Shown: positions 28,334 through 38,482, numbered from the stretch's first letter. The stretch: 64,000 nt of DNA from an uncultured Gammaproteobacteria bacterium (GCA_964427615.1 CAYRUR010000004.1:10975-74974); one strand, 5' to 3'. Made by a program: numbers and translations. The notes: generated by a model from the sequence alone, not told the origin.

Positions 28334-29974
28334 ATGGATTACGAATTAGGGTGGGATGGCATGCAGATAAATATAGAAACGATTTATTTTTTTACATCAG
28401 TATTCTTTTTTACTATTGTTCTTAGAAAAACATTCTATTGGATAGCAGTATGGCAGGAAAATAAATTTGACTTTAAAAGAGTTCTCAATAGCATTACTAG
28501 TAAAGAAAAACTAAAGCAAATATTTTTTACTCGTGATGCTTTAATAAAATATTTTCTTTTCTTCTTATTCTTCTTATCAGTATTTTATTTCTGGATTACT
28601 CATTTTTATATGTATATTATTGCTCTTTTCTATGGGTATATGATAGTCCAGCTTATCTCTCAAGCATATCATCAGGAGATTGTTATTCCAAAGATTACTA
28701 TAAGTAGTACTGCTATTTTTGTAGGTTCTGTTTTGTTGTTAATTATTTGTTACGTTGTTCCTTTAATCGATACATTTTTTTGGCTAATAGTACTTGATAC
28801 CGCAGTGATATTTTTTGTGGGAGTTTCTGTTCTTTTAGTATCCATTCCAAAGGATTTTTATAAAGATATGCGTATTAACAAAGCGATAAAATCATTAGGT
28901 AAAAATAAAAGGATACAAGTTATACAAGTAATTGGAAATGAAAAAGATATAACAGCAGATAGACTGGAACAGGTACTTTCTCATAAATATAATGTCGTAG
29001 TAAATGAGAGTGGAAGTGATACTCCTTTTGAAGTTGCTGAAATAATTCTTAAAAAAATAACAGACAAAACACAAATACTTATTATAAAAACAGGGTTGAT
29101 GGATATAGACGCTTTTTTACATATTACATTGATGGTAAAACCAAGCATTGCTATTTTTACCTCTATGTCTGAATTAAATATTTCATTGAGTAAAAATAAA
29201 AAAACAGATTATGAAAGGTATCGTGAAATTTTAGAGGTGATTCCTCACAAGTGTACAGTACTCGTACATGAAGTATTTGAAGAACGAACTGCTTTATTCA
29301 AGAATGTTAAAAGAAAAAAAATACAGTATCAGATAGCAAAGAGAAAACAAGAAACAGATGATGAAAAGATACAGGGATACAGTGTGAAACTAGGAAAACA
29401 GGCAACAAAGATGAGAGTTAAAATAAAAAAAAGGAAACTAGGAGAGCTGAAAATCCCGTTAATAGGATTATCAAATATATATAGCATTCTGGCAGCATTC
29501 TATGTTGCTAAAAAGATAGGAATGAAAAGTGATGAAATAAAAGAAGCGATACAAAAATTACAACCAGTTAAAGATTACATGGGTATCACACACCATAAGA
29601 GTGGAGCTGTATTACTCAATAACACAGGAAATGATATTGGCCAATTACCTGATGATTTATCATTGTATCTTCCGTTGTTTAAAGGAAAAAGGATAGTGGT
29701 GCTTCCGCCTGTAAAAGGGGTGTCAAAAGAGAAAAGAAGAAAAATAATAGAGGAAAGAGCAGCTTTTTCTGATCACATGATACTGATAAGCAACAAGCTG
29801 CCTAAAAAAATAAAAGAGAAATTATCGTTTTCTTCACATACCTGTCTTATACAGTATATGTATCCTAAAAATGCTTGTCATTATTTAGATACTACTTTGG
29901 ATAAAAAGGATGTGGTTGTTTTTGAAGGAGAAGGGTCTAAAAAAATACTTCGTAGTTTGCTTGAAGAGGAATAA
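28334..29974 (+). CDS. Membrane-anchored Mur-ligase-family protein in the murF position, with a degenerate P-loop (possible pseudoenzyme or divergent MurF)
   Basis: About six N-terminal TM helices. The expected GxxGKT is replaced by VIGNEKDIT. NVVVNESGSD resembles the MurF NNEIG motif, and KIPLIGLSNIYSILAAFYVAKKIGMKSDEIKEAIQKLQPVKDYMGI resembles the Mur-ligase LPLLGRHNVYNALAA...L..F....GR motif. Confidence 0.45.
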   Translation: MDYELGWDGMQINIETIYFFTSVFFFTIVLRKTFYWIAVWQENKFDFKRVLNSITSKEKLKQIFFTRDALIKYFLFFLFFLSVFYFWITHFYMYIIALFYGYMIVQLISQAYHQEIVIPKITISSTAIFVGSVLLLIICYVVPLIDTFFWLIVLDTAVIFFVGVSVLLVSIPKDFYKDMRINKAIKSLGKNKRIQVIQVIGNEKDITADRLEQVLSHKYNVVVNESGSDTPFEVAEIILKKITDKTQILIIKTGLMDIDAFLHITLMVKPSIAIFTSMSELNISLSKNKKTDYERYREILEVIPHKCTVLVHEVFEERTALFKNVKRKKIQYQIAKRKQETDDEKIQGYSVKLGKQATKMRVKIKKRKLGELKIPLIGLSNIYSILAAFYVAKKIGMKSDEIKEAIQKLQPVKDYMGITHHKSGAVLLNNTGNDIGQLPDDLSLYLPLFKGKRIVVLPPVKGVSKEKRRKIIEERAAFSDHMILISNKLPKKIKEKLSFSSHTCLIQYMYPKNACHYLDTTLDKKDVVVFEGEGSKKILRSLLEEE

Positions 29975-30111
29975 TAGAGTATCTTTTTATATCGATCAAT
30001 ATTTGGTATCAAGGCATAATTTTTTTTTATATTTTTACAATTTATACTATTGATTCATCTTTGTCTTTTCATTGTAAAATTGTTCGTGAAAAGCTATAAT
30101 GAGACCTGTCT

Positions 30112-31122
30112 ATGGAAAAGATTTTTGGATTTGCAATTCTTTCATTTTTTATAACGGCAATTTTGATAATTCCGTTTATTGATTTCTTATATAAGATTAA
30201 GCTACAAAGGAAAAAGCAAGAAACAAAAGATATCTTCAATCAAAGAACTCCCTTATTCGATAAACTAAACAGTTCAAAAGTTGGAACTCCTTTTGGTGGA
30301 GGGTTACTCATTATTTTTGTAGTAACTATTCTGTCTTTGTGGGCATATGGGTTGCTGGCAATAGAGGTGAAGTTTTGGGAGTTATTTGTGCTTCTTTTTT
30401 CTTTCATTGGTTTTGGTGTTTTGGGTTTTTATGATGACTTAAAAAAAATCCTAAACGTAGAAGGTCCGAATTCTTTTTTTGGCTTGAGATTTACTCATAA
30501 GTTTTTGATTCAATGGATTTTGGCAATTATTATTGGAGCTGTTTTCTATTTTCAGCTGGGTTACTCTTTTGTTTTTATTCATTGGATAGGGACCATTCCC
30601 ATAGGTCTTCTTTTCATTCCCTTTGCAGCCTTTGTTATTGTCTCATTTGCGAATGCTTTTAATATTACTGATGGATTAGATGGGTTGGCTTCCGGTTCAT
30701 TTTTAATTTCTCTGATGGCATTTTTAGTTATCTCTCATACTTTACTTGATACTTTTCTGGCAATTTTTATTGCCTTTTTATTAGGAGCAGTTATTGCCTT
30801 TTTGTATTTTAATATTTATCCAGCACGTCTCTGGCTTGGAGATGTAGGGTCTTTGTCTTTAGGAGCAGTCTTTGCTGTCATTGGATTGTTAACAGGGAAG
30901 ACAAGTCCGTTAGTGTTAATTGGTGGCATATTTGTTATCGAAGTTGCTTCTTCATTGGTGCAAATCTTGGGGAAGAAATTCTTACATCGCAAACTGCTTC
31001 CTATTGCACCGCTACATCTATATTTCTTAAAAAAAGGATGGGAAGAACCTAAAATAGTCATGAGAGCATGGCTGATTGGTATTATTTTTGCTCTCTTTGG
31101 GTTATTTATTGCATTCTCATGA
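30112..31122 (+). CDS. mraY: Phospho-N-acetylmuramoyl-pentapeptide transferase
   Basis: ANAFNITDGLDGLASG; 10 TM helices. Confidence 0.85.
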   Translation: MEKIFGFAILSFFITAILIIPFIDFLYKIKLQRKKQETKDIFNQRTPLFDKLNSSKVGTPFGGGLLIIFVVTILSLWAYGLLAIEVKFWELFVLLFSFIGFGVLGFYDDLKKILNVEGPNSFFGLRFTHKFLIQWILAIIIGAVFYFQLGYSFVFIHWIGTIPIGLLFIPFAAFVIVSFANAFNITDGLDGLASGSFLISLMAFLVISHTLLDTFLAIFIAFLLGAVIAFLYFNIYPARLWLGDVGSLSLGAVFAVIGLLTGKTSPLVLIGGIFVIEVASSLVQILGKKFLHRKLLPIAPLHLYFLKKGWEEPKIVMRAWLIGIIFALFGLFIAFS

Positions 31123-32195
31123 TCCGCAAAGCAGGAATCTCATTATTTTTCATTACGCTCTTTTTGGCACTTCTGGGGATTTTTATTCTGTATGAAACAT
31201 CCTCATATACTGCATTGTTAAACATTGGTGATAAATACTATTTTGTAAAAAATCAGCTTATGTGGTTAACAGGTGGAATTCTGATTTCTGCTATTCTTTG
31301 GCGATTCAACTACAAAAAGCTATATCAGCTTGCGCTTCCTCTTCTTATTATCAACATAGTCTTACTTTTTCTTGTTTTTTTTCCGGGCATTGGTTTGAGT
31401 TTGAAAGGATCGCATAGATGGATAGACTTAGGTTTTTTTGTTTTTCAGCCCTCTGAGATGCTTAAAATTACTTTTACGCTTTACCTGGCAGCATGGTTAT
31501 CCTCCAGTGAAAAAGGTCGATTTTTAGCATTTTGTCTTTTATTTCTTTTTGCTACAGCCTTAGTTGCTCTGGAGCCAGATATGGGTACGGCACTGGTTAT
31601 TGCAGTCACCGCTGTCTCAGTCTATTTTTTGTCCAATGCTCCTATAAAAGAATTGGGACTTATGTTTTTGATTTTAATTTTAGGTTCAGTTTTGCTCATT
31701 AAGATGGAGCCTTATCGTATAGCTCGTCTTACTGCTTTTCAAGAAGTGAGTCCTACTAACATCCAGGATATGTCATATCATACAAAACAAGTTTTAGTTG
31801 CATTAGGGTCAGGAGGGTTAACAGGAGTGGGTTTGGGTAACTCTATTCAAAAATATGGGTATGTACCTGAAAGTACTACTGATTCTATTTTTGCTATTTA
31901 TGCTGAAGAAGTGGGATTTTTAGGTTCTGTATTTTTAATTCTTGTGTTGTTTGCTCAATTAATGATGGGCTTTATTATTGCAGCCCATGCACCTGATAAA
32001 TTTGGAAAATTACTAGCAGCTGGTATTGTAATCTTTTTGGGAGCTCAGATGTTCTTAAATATTGGATCTCAAGTGGTGGTGATGCCGCTTACGGGAGTTC
32101 CATTACCTTTCGTTTCTTATGGAGGTTCTTCTATGATTATTAATTTTGCTGCTATTGGTATATTATTAAATATTTCCAAAAGTAAACATACATAA
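31119..32195 (+). CDS. ftsW: SEDS-family peptidoglycan glycosyltransferase FtsW
   Basis: Polytopic SEDS protein with C-terminal PLTGVPLPFVSYGGSSMI, in the position between mraY and murG. Its ATG at 31119 overlaps the mraY TGA (ATGA). Confidence 0.75.
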   Translation: MIRKAGISLFFITLFLALLGIFILYETSSYTALLNIGDKYYFVKNQLMWLTGGILISAILWRFNYKKLYQLALPLLIINIVLLFLVFFPGIGLSLKGSHRWIDLGFFVFQPSEMLKITFTLYLAAWLSSSEKGRFLAFCLLFLFATALVALEPDMGTALVIAVTAVSVYFLSNAPIKELGLMFLILILGSVLLIKMEPYRIARLTAFQEVSPTNIQDMSYHTKQVLVALGSGGLTGVGLGNSIQKYGYVPESTTDSIFAIYAEEVGFLGSVFLILVLFAQLMMGFIIAAHAPDKFGKLLAAGIVIFLGAQMFLNIGSQVVVMPLTGVPLPFVSYGGSSMIINFAAIGILLNISKSKHT

Positions 32196-32196
32196 C

Positions 32197-33333
32197 ATGA
32201 AAGTAGCAATCACAGGAGGACATTTTTCTCCAGCATTATCAGTTATAGAAGTATTACGCAAAAGGCAAGATACGGTAGTTGTGTTGGGAAGAAAGTATGT
32301 TTTTGAAGGAGAAGATGCTGTTTCACTAGAATACAAAATATGTCAGAAAAATAATATTCCTTTTTATGAGATAAAGGCTGCTCGATTACAGAGAAAAATT
32401 ACCCAGCACACACTTCCTGCATTATTACGTTTTCCACGAGGTATTTTTGATGCTATAAAAGTATTACGAAAAGAAAAGCCTGATGTTATTTTGTCTTTCG
32501 GAGGGTACATTGCCTTACCTGTAGCATTAGCGGCTTTTATGCAACAGATACCAGTAGTTATTCATGAACAAACACAAGAGGCAGGGCTTGCGAATAAAAT
32601 AATTGGAAAATTTGCAGATAAAATACTGCTTTCTTTCCCCTCTTCAAAAAAACATTTTCCAAAAGGAAAAATAGTAGTTACTGGTAATCCCTTACGTAAA
32701 GAAGTTTTTACAGTAGAAAAAAAACAAGATCTTGTACCTGGTAAAAAGCTTATTTATGTTACGGGCGGAAGTGCAGGATCTCACTTTATAAACTCACTTA
32801 TTAAAAAAACAGCACCAACTTTACTTGAAAAGTATGCGATTATTCATCAAACGGGTGATTCACAACTATTTAAAGATTATGATCTTCTTTATCAAATGAA
32901 AGAAAGTCTGCCTTCAGATCTTGCAAAGAGATATATCTTACAAAAATTTATTCTTCCTGATGAAATTGGGTGGATTCTAAAACATGCAGACCTTGTTATA
33001 GCACGCTCAGGAGCCAACACAGTGCTTGAGTTAATAGCGTTGGAGAAAAGGTCTTTATTGATACCGCTTCCTCATGGACAAAGTGGAGAACAACTCAAAA
33101 ATGCTCAACTGATGAAAAAAATAGGATTGGCTGAAGTTTTGGAACAAGAGCAAGCCACAGGAAAACAGTTTCTTGAGACTGTGGAAAAAATGATGCATAA
33201 TCAAAAAGGATACAAAATAGAAGAGCAGGTGAAAAAAAACTACTTTTTCCCTCATGCAGCAGAAGCTATAGTAGAGCAATTAGAAAAAACCAATGAGACA
33301 AAGAAGAAAAAAACAACCGATTATCATTCCTAA
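32197..33333 (+). CDS. murG: UDP-N-acetylglucosamine--N-acetylmuramyl-(pentapeptide) pyrophosphoryl-undecaprenol N-acetylglucosamine transferase
   Basis: MKVAITGGHFSPALSV...GGYIALPVALAA...VIHEQT, the GT28 motifs. Confidence 0.8.
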   Translation: MKVAITGGHFSPALSVIEVLRKRQDTVVVLGRKYVFEGEDAVSLEYKICQKNNIPFYEIKAARLQRKITQHTLPALLRFPRGIFDAIKVLRKEKPDVILSFGGYIALPVALAAFMQQIPVVIHEQTQEAGLANKIIGKFADKILLSFPSSKKHFPKGKIVVTGNPLRKEVFTVEKKQDLVPGKKLIYVTGGSAGSHFINSLIKKTAPTLLEKYAIIHQTGDSQLFKDYDLLYQMKESLPSDLAKRYILQKFILPDEIGWILKHADLVIARSGANTVLELIALEKRSLLIPLPHGQSGEQLKNAQLMKKIGLAEVLEQEQATGKQFLETVEKMMHNQKGYKIEEQVKKNYFFPHAAEAIVEQLEKTNETKKKKTTDYHS

Positions 33334-33706
33334 AAAGCTTTTTTTGGGAATTGGTATTCTTTTCATCCTAGTAACTACTTTTACTGTGGGTTGGCGTTTG
33401 TTTGCAATGCTTACGCAGAGTAGTAAAGAAGATGTCTATGTCCCGGTAGTCGGTAATTTTTCAGTAGAAGATTTAAGACAAAAGCTTGATCAAAAAAACC
33501 TTTCTTTTGAAGATTTAAAAGTATCTACCCAAGAGGCTGCTGTTATCGGGAAAGTAAAAGGAGGTCCGACAGTCATTTTTTCAAAGAGCAGAGCGCTTGA
33601 TTGGCAGGTAGACTCTTTACAATTGATCATGACAAGACTTACAATAGATAAGAAAGATCCTGTTTTAGTGGATCTACGGTATGATAAGCCTATTGTAAAA
33701 TTCTAG
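33293..33706 (+). CDS. Short FtsQ/DivIB-like bitopic division protein
   Basis: A basic N-terminus, one TM helix (LFLGIGILFILVTTFTVGW) and a ~100-aa extracytoplasmic domain, in the canonical position between murG and ftsA. Confidence 0.35.
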   Translation: MRQRRKKQPIIIPKKLFLGIGILFILVTTFTVGWRLFAMLTQSSKEDVYVPVVGNFSVEDLRQKLDQKNLSFEDLKVSTQEAAVIGKVKGGPTVIFSKSRALDWQVDSLQLIMTRLTIDKKDPVLVDLRYDKPIVKF

Positions 33707-33728
33707 CGCATGGGCTATAAAAATATAT

Positions 33729-35012
33729 ATGAAAGATGCACCTATTGTTGTTGGCGTAGATATTGGATCCTCAAAAGTAGCTACGCTTATCGGTCAAATT
33801 CAGGAAGATGTTATAAATATTCTTGGTGTCTCAGAAGTTCCCGCAAAAGGTATTCGTAAAGGGCAAATCGTTGATATTGAAGAAGCTGCCCAATCGTTAA
33901 ATGCTTCACTTGATGTGGCAGAAAGAATGGCAGGAACTTCCATAGATAGAGTTTTTGTATCTATCAGTGGTGTACATATTCAAAGCCAAAACTCAAAAGG
34001 AGTTGTAGCAGTGTCTCACCCTCAAGGAGAGATCCAGCCTACTGATATTGACCGAGTACTTGAGGCTGCGGGAGCTGTCTCAATGCCCTCTACCAGGACT
34101 ATTGTTCACGTGCTTCCTCGTAGTTTTACGGTAGACGGTGAGGGTAATATTAAGGATCCAGTGGGTATGACAGGGGTAAGACTAGAAGTTGATACCCATA
34201 TTATTTCAGCCAATGTAGTCTCAGTCAAAAATATCCAGCGGGTATTAGAGTCAGAAGGTGGTGTGCAAATAAAATCATTTGTGTATTCAGGTTTTGCTTC
34301 TTCTCTGGCAGTGCTTTCCGAAACAGAAAAAGAATTAGGTGTTGTGTGTGTAGACATAGGTGCAGGAGTTACTAATATTGCGGTTTTTGTTGAAGGAACT
34401 CTTTCTTACTCCAGTGTTATTCCAGTAGGTGCGAGGCACATTACCAATGATCTTGCCATAGGACTTCGTATTTCCCTTGAGAGTGCTGAGAAAATTAAGT
34501 TGTTCCTTTCACAAAAAGGAAAATCCAAAAAGAAAACAGATGAAGACAATACAGATGAGATAGATCTTTCTTCATTAGGGCTTGGAGAAGAGTTGAAAAA
34601 AGTGTCACATAAGACACTGGTGGATGGTATTATAAGACCCCGCTTAAATGAAATCTTTACCATGGTGGGAATAGAACTGAAAAAGAGTGGATTTGCTACT
34701 CAAACTCCTGCAGGACTTGTTATAACCGGAGGTGGAGCAAAGACAATTGGTGCAGAAGAAGCAGCAAAGAGAATGCTTTCTATGCCAGTAAGAATTGGTA
34801 CTCCTCAGCAAATTACCGGGCTTATTGATGATGTAGAAAATCCTTCATTTGCCACAGCAGTAGGATTGCTTACGTTTGGTAAGGATTTTAGAGGGGTAGG
34901 AAAAGAAGATTTGGTAGATTCTATGTTTGGTGGATTATCTTTTGGGTCTTTCTCCTCAGTTGCATCTATTACTGCCTCTCTTAAAAAATTGCTCAAAAAA
35001 TTTATTCCATAA
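33729..35012 (+). CDS. ftsA: Cell division protein FtsA (actin-like ATPase)
   Basis: PIVVGVDIGSSKVATLIGQ...; DIGAGVTNIAVF. Confidence 0.8.
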   Translation: MKDAPIVVGVDIGSSKVATLIGQIQEDVINILGVSEVPAKGIRKGQIVDIEEAAQSLNASLDVAERMAGTSIDRVFVSISGVHIQSQNSKGVVAVSHPQGEIQPTDIDRVLEAAGAVSMPSTRTIVHVLPRSFTVDGEGNIKDPVGMTGVRLEVDTHIISANVVSVKNIQRVLESEGGVQIKSFVYSGFASSLAVLSETEKELGVVCVDIGAGVTNIAVFVEGTLSYSSVIPVGARHITNDLAIGLRISLESAEKIKLFLSQKGKSKKKTDEDNTDEIDLSSLGLGEELKKVSHKTLVDGIIRPRLNEIFTMVGIELKKSGFATQTPAGLVITGGGAKTIGAEEAAKRMLSMPVRIGTPQQITGLIDDVENPSFATAVGLLTFGKDFRGVGKEDLVDSMFGGLSFGSFSSVASITASLKKLLKKFIP

Positions 35013-35073
35013 CCCATTGAAAAATACTCACAAGTGTGCTAGGATTCATACAGGTAATTCCTAATATATTCCT

Positions 35074-36177
35074 ATGCTTATTAGACCTCAAACAGCAACT
35101 TTTGCCAAGATCCGTGTGATAGGAATTGGTGGCGCTGGCGGAAATGCAATTAACTCCATGATAGAAAATGCCAATATTAAAGGCGTTGATTTTATTAGTA
35201 TTAATACTGATGCACAGGCACTTTTAAACTCTCGAGCTACCGTAAAACTCCAAATTGGAGAAAATATTACCAAAGGTCTTGGATCAGGTGGAAATCCTCA
35301 GGTTGGTCAAAGTGCTGCAGAGGAGAGCAGAGAAAAAATCAGAGAGATGCTGGAAGGGTCTGATATGATTTTCTTAACTGCCGGAATGGGCGGTGGAACA
35401 GGTACTGGTGCAACACCCGTTATTGCACAAATCGCAAAAGAAATTGGAGCTTTGACAGTAGGAGTAGTAACCAAGCCATTTCTATTTGAGGGTACCAGAC
35501 GAATGGTCTCAGCAGAAGGTGGAATTGAAGAATTAAAAGATAATGTAGATACGCTTATTATCATTCCTAATCAAAGAATTTTAGAGTCAGTGGACACAAA
35601 ACTGTCTCTATTGGATGCCTTTAAAGTTGCAGATTCAGTACTTTCTCATGGTGTACAGGGAATCTCAGATCTTATCACTGTACCTGGTCTTATTAATGTA
35701 GATTTTGCCGATGTAAAATCTATCATGTCTGATGCAGGAAGCGCTTTGATGGGAATTGGTATTGGTACGGGAGAAAACAGAGCACAAATTGCCGCAAAAC
35801 AAGCTACTTCCTCACCATTGCTTGAGGTATCTATGGATGGCGCACGAGGAGTGCTTTACAACATTACCGGTGGTCCAGACCTTTCTATGGCAGAGGTAGA
35901 TGAAGCCTCAAAGATTATTTCAGCTGCAGCAGATCCTGATGCAAATGTTATTTTTGGTACTACTATAGATCCTGACATGAAAGACCAAGTAAAGATTACG
36001 GTTGTTGCGACCGGATTTGACGAATCCAGAAAAAGATTACAGCAGATGGTAAATCATGAAGAGGTATTAGTCAAAACACATCAGGAAGAAGTAAAAAACA
36101 ACGAACCAGAACCACAAAAAAGAGAAGAAGAAGAAAGCGTTTTTGATATCCCCGCATTTCTAAGGCAGAGAAATTAA
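35074..36177 (+). CDS. ftsZ: Cell division GTPase FtsZ
   Basis: [15 protein letters not shown], the tubulin signature GGGTGTG, and a C-terminal DIPAFLRQ tail. Confidence 0.92.
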   Translation: MLIRPQTATFAKIRVIGIGGAGGNAINSMIENANIKGVDFISINTDAQALLNSRATVKLQIGENITKGLGSGGNPQVGQSAAEESREKIREMLEGSDMIFLTAGMGGGTGTGATPVIAQIAKEIGALTVGVVTKPFLFEGTRRMVSAEGGIEELKDNVDTLIIIPNQRILESVDTKLSLLDAFKVADSVLSHGVQGISDLITVPGLINVDFADVKSIMSDAGSALMGIGIGTGENRAQIAAKQATSSPLLEVSMDGARGVLYNITGGPDLSMAEVDEASKIISAAADPDANVIFGTTIDPDMKDQVKITVVATGFDESRKRLQQMVNHEEVLVKTHQEEVKNNEPEPQKREEEESVFDIPAFLRQRN

Positions 36178-36208
36178 AGTTTAAAAATCAATCTAAATTG
36201 ATTCGTAA

Positions 36209-36234
36209 GGAGTCCCAAAAGGACTCTTTTTTTT
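36209..36234 (+). terminator. Rho-independent terminator after ftsZ
   Basis: GGAGTCC-CAAAA-GGACTCT stem-loop followed by a T8 run. Confidence 0.6.
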
Positions 36235-36418
36235 GTGGTTTTAAAAGAGAGGGGTAGGTGAGAATTAAGAAACCTGCAAATATCTTGTAGGTGAGTTTAG
36301 TGTTTGAATTGTATTAAATATTATAACCTTTATCAAACTTTTTTTTAACTACTCTCAAGATTGTGATCGATGTATATCTTGTTTGACAGGTTTAGTAAAA
36401 AGATCTTAAAATTATTAT

Positions 36419-36859
36419 ATGCCAAAAACACCTTCTTCTAGAAGTTATAAAAATAATATCTACAAATTAAAGCAAACGAAGAAAATCTTTTATAAGAGTA
36501 TTGTTTCTATTTTTTGTCCTGTTTTAAACGATACCGTTTATTTTACAAGTGAGGGTTTTAATCATCTCTTATATGATACTAATCGTAAACCTCGCAATAT
36601 TGATGAGCAGTTTATGAAATTGCAATGCTTGTCTTATGTTCCTGATGTTTTAGAAAAGAGTACGATATTAGCTGATACACGAACTTATGAATTTGAAGTG
36701 AAAGGCAAGAAAAAAATTGGGGTTCATTATGCAATTTCTCACGAGGTAAAGAAAGGTAAAGAAATTCGTGTCATTGTATCTCGCATTGGGAAAGGGAAGT
36801 ACAAGTTTTTAAGTGTAATGCCTCACAATAAAAAATCAAAAAATAAAAAGCACCCGTGA
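36419..36859 (+). CDS. Hypothetical small basic protein (146 aa)
   Basis: Lys-rich ends; no recognisable motif. Followed by an AGCACC/GGTGCT hairpin. Confidence 0.3.
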   Translation: MPKTPSSRSYKNNIYKLKQTKKIFYKSIVSIFCPVLNDTVYFTSEGFNHLLYDTNRKPRNIDEQFMKLQCLSYVPDVLEKSTILADTRTYEFEVKGKKKIGVHYAISHEVKKGKEIRVIVSRIGKGKYKFLSVMPHNKKSKNKKHP

Positions 36860-37071
36860 AGGTGCTCTTTAGTTGTGCTGGCTCTCGGCTTAGATATATC
36901 TTAGCTGAAGAAGGGCTTGCGCCCACCAGCACATTGTCAGTATATGTTACAATTTGAGTTATGTCAACCCCTAAACATCCTATAAGAGTTATTTTTAGGA
37001 AAGAAAATAATAAGAGATTAGTAAGTGGAATGAGTTTAAAAATGAATTGAGATAAGCAAAAAGAGATTTCC

Positions 37072-37707
37072 TTATCCTTTGATCAACTTTTTTAATTTAC
37101 TCTCTATATCTTCTTTGGATAATCTTTGTTTCAAATTCTTTATATCTTGTTCGTGTTTTTCTAGCTTCGGATCTCCTCTGTATTCTCTTTTGTAAATTTT
37201 ATCTACAATTTCGGTAAGTGGATCTTGAATTTCATAAGAGATGGTATGAAGAGTGGCTGTTAGCGTATTGTATGCATGAGGTGGAGATGAGCTTTTATCT
37301 TTTTTGACAATAGTTTTTGTGTTGCTAAAAGGGTCTTGAAGAGCTTGCAGGTAACCTATATCTGCTCCGAAATCAGTATAGCGTGCAAGGATATTGTGAT
37401 AATAATCTTTTCTTCCTTTGTCTTCTATTGAGAATTGGTTAAATGCTTCATGTGCTTCTCCTATGGCTATAAGTAAACCATTAACAGTTTGCAAAGCATT
37501 ACTCTCTTTTCCCTATATCTGAATATCAATGTCATTATGAAATCTTGTGATTTCTCCAAGGAATCCATCTACTGCATATCCTCCAGAGATGATAATTCTA
37601 ATTCCTTGCTCTTTTCCAATTTTAGTTATCAAATCTATAAATGTTAAAGCTTGTTGCGTTTTTTCTTGCTGAGCTGTCGTTAGGTTTTGTTTGATAATAT
37701 GATGCAT
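37072..37707 (-). pseudogene. Aminoglycoside-2''-adenylyltransferase-like (pol-beta superfamily) nucleotidyltransferase interrupted by a single in-frame TAG
   Basis: ORFs 37513-37707 and 37072-37494 are in the same frame, separated only by a TAG at 37513-37515 (plus strand CTA). The N-terminal part carries the nucleotidyltransferase motif GGYAVDGFLGEITRFHNDIDIQI. Confidence 0.5.
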
Positions 37708-37797
37708 AATAGAATTATATCAAGGAATTATTGTAATGATTTGTCTTCTCTAAGACTTGATAGCTTCTATGCTTTGAGTATAATAGATAACTGAGCC

Positions 37798-38451
37798 ATG
37801 GACAAAGAAAGTTTAGAAGAGATTAAAAGAGAGAGCCAAAAACAGCTAAAGAATTTTTTACCGGAACACATTATTCCTTACGATAATTATAAAAATAAAG
37901 CTGTAGAAGAAAAGTATACTATCGTTGCAATACCAAAAAAAGAGACAATAGAAAAGATTGAAACGTGGATAGAAGAGTTAAAAAAGTATGATGAATCTCA
38001 ATATTATTACAGTCCAGAGCAACTGCACATAACGTTATTTGGTGAAATTTCTACTTCTCTTGATCCAAAACTTATTGTCCAATCTGTTAATGCAATAAGA
38101 GAAAAGTATACGATACATTTTAGATTAGAAGGTATTGGAAGTAATTATTTTGTATCTTCAATACTTGCATATCCTCAAAATTTTTCAATGTCTGATTTAA
38201 GAAAAGATTTGAGAGCATTGCTTGGCCAACAAGGGACAGATTACACAAAGCATTTATCTGTATATGAATCAATAGGATGGATAAATTATATGCGTTTTGC
38301 ACATAAACCAACTAAAGAATTTATCCATATCCTTCAGCAAAATATGAATAGAGATTTTGGGATAATGGTACCGGAAAAATTAGAGTTATATAAAGTAACT
38401 GGAAAGATGATAAATGATGGAAAAAGTGAATTGCTTCACGTATTTTCTTAA
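37798..38451 (+). CDS. 2H phosphoesterase superfamily protein (LigT / 2',5'-RNA ligase / cyclic phosphodiesterase-like)
   Basis: Two H-x-T/S-x motifs at the expected spacing: EQLHITLFGE and YTKHLSVYES. Confidence 0.5.
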   Translation: MDKESLEEIKRESQKQLKNFLPEHIIPYDNYKNKAVEEKYTIVAIPKKETIEKIETWIEELKKYDESQYYYSPEQLHITLFGEISTSLDPKLIVQSVNAIREKYTIHFRLEGIGSNYFVSSILAYPQNFSMSDLRKDLRALLGQQGTDYTKHLSVYESIGWINYMRFAHKPTKEFIHILQQNMNRDFGIMVPEKLELYKVTGKMINDGKSELLHVFS

Positions 38452-38482
38452 ATAATGTTTAGTGATTGTTTTTCTCTGTACA

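Noticed and set aside
36860-36930. GTGCTGG...CCAGCAC hairpin enclosing GCTGAAGAAGGGC, vaguely reminiscent of SRP RNA domain IV
   Set aside because: It lacks the GNRA-capped helix 8 and the conserved AGGUCAGG / GGAAGCAGCC symmetric-loop motif. More likely a terminator or spacer structure between convergent genes.
37495-37515. Treating 37513-37707 and 37072-37494 as two independent small genes
   Set aside because: Both are in the same frame and are separated by exactly one TAG codon. The downstream part uses a TTG pseudo-start that is simply Leu in the continuous reading. One interrupted gene is the better explanation.
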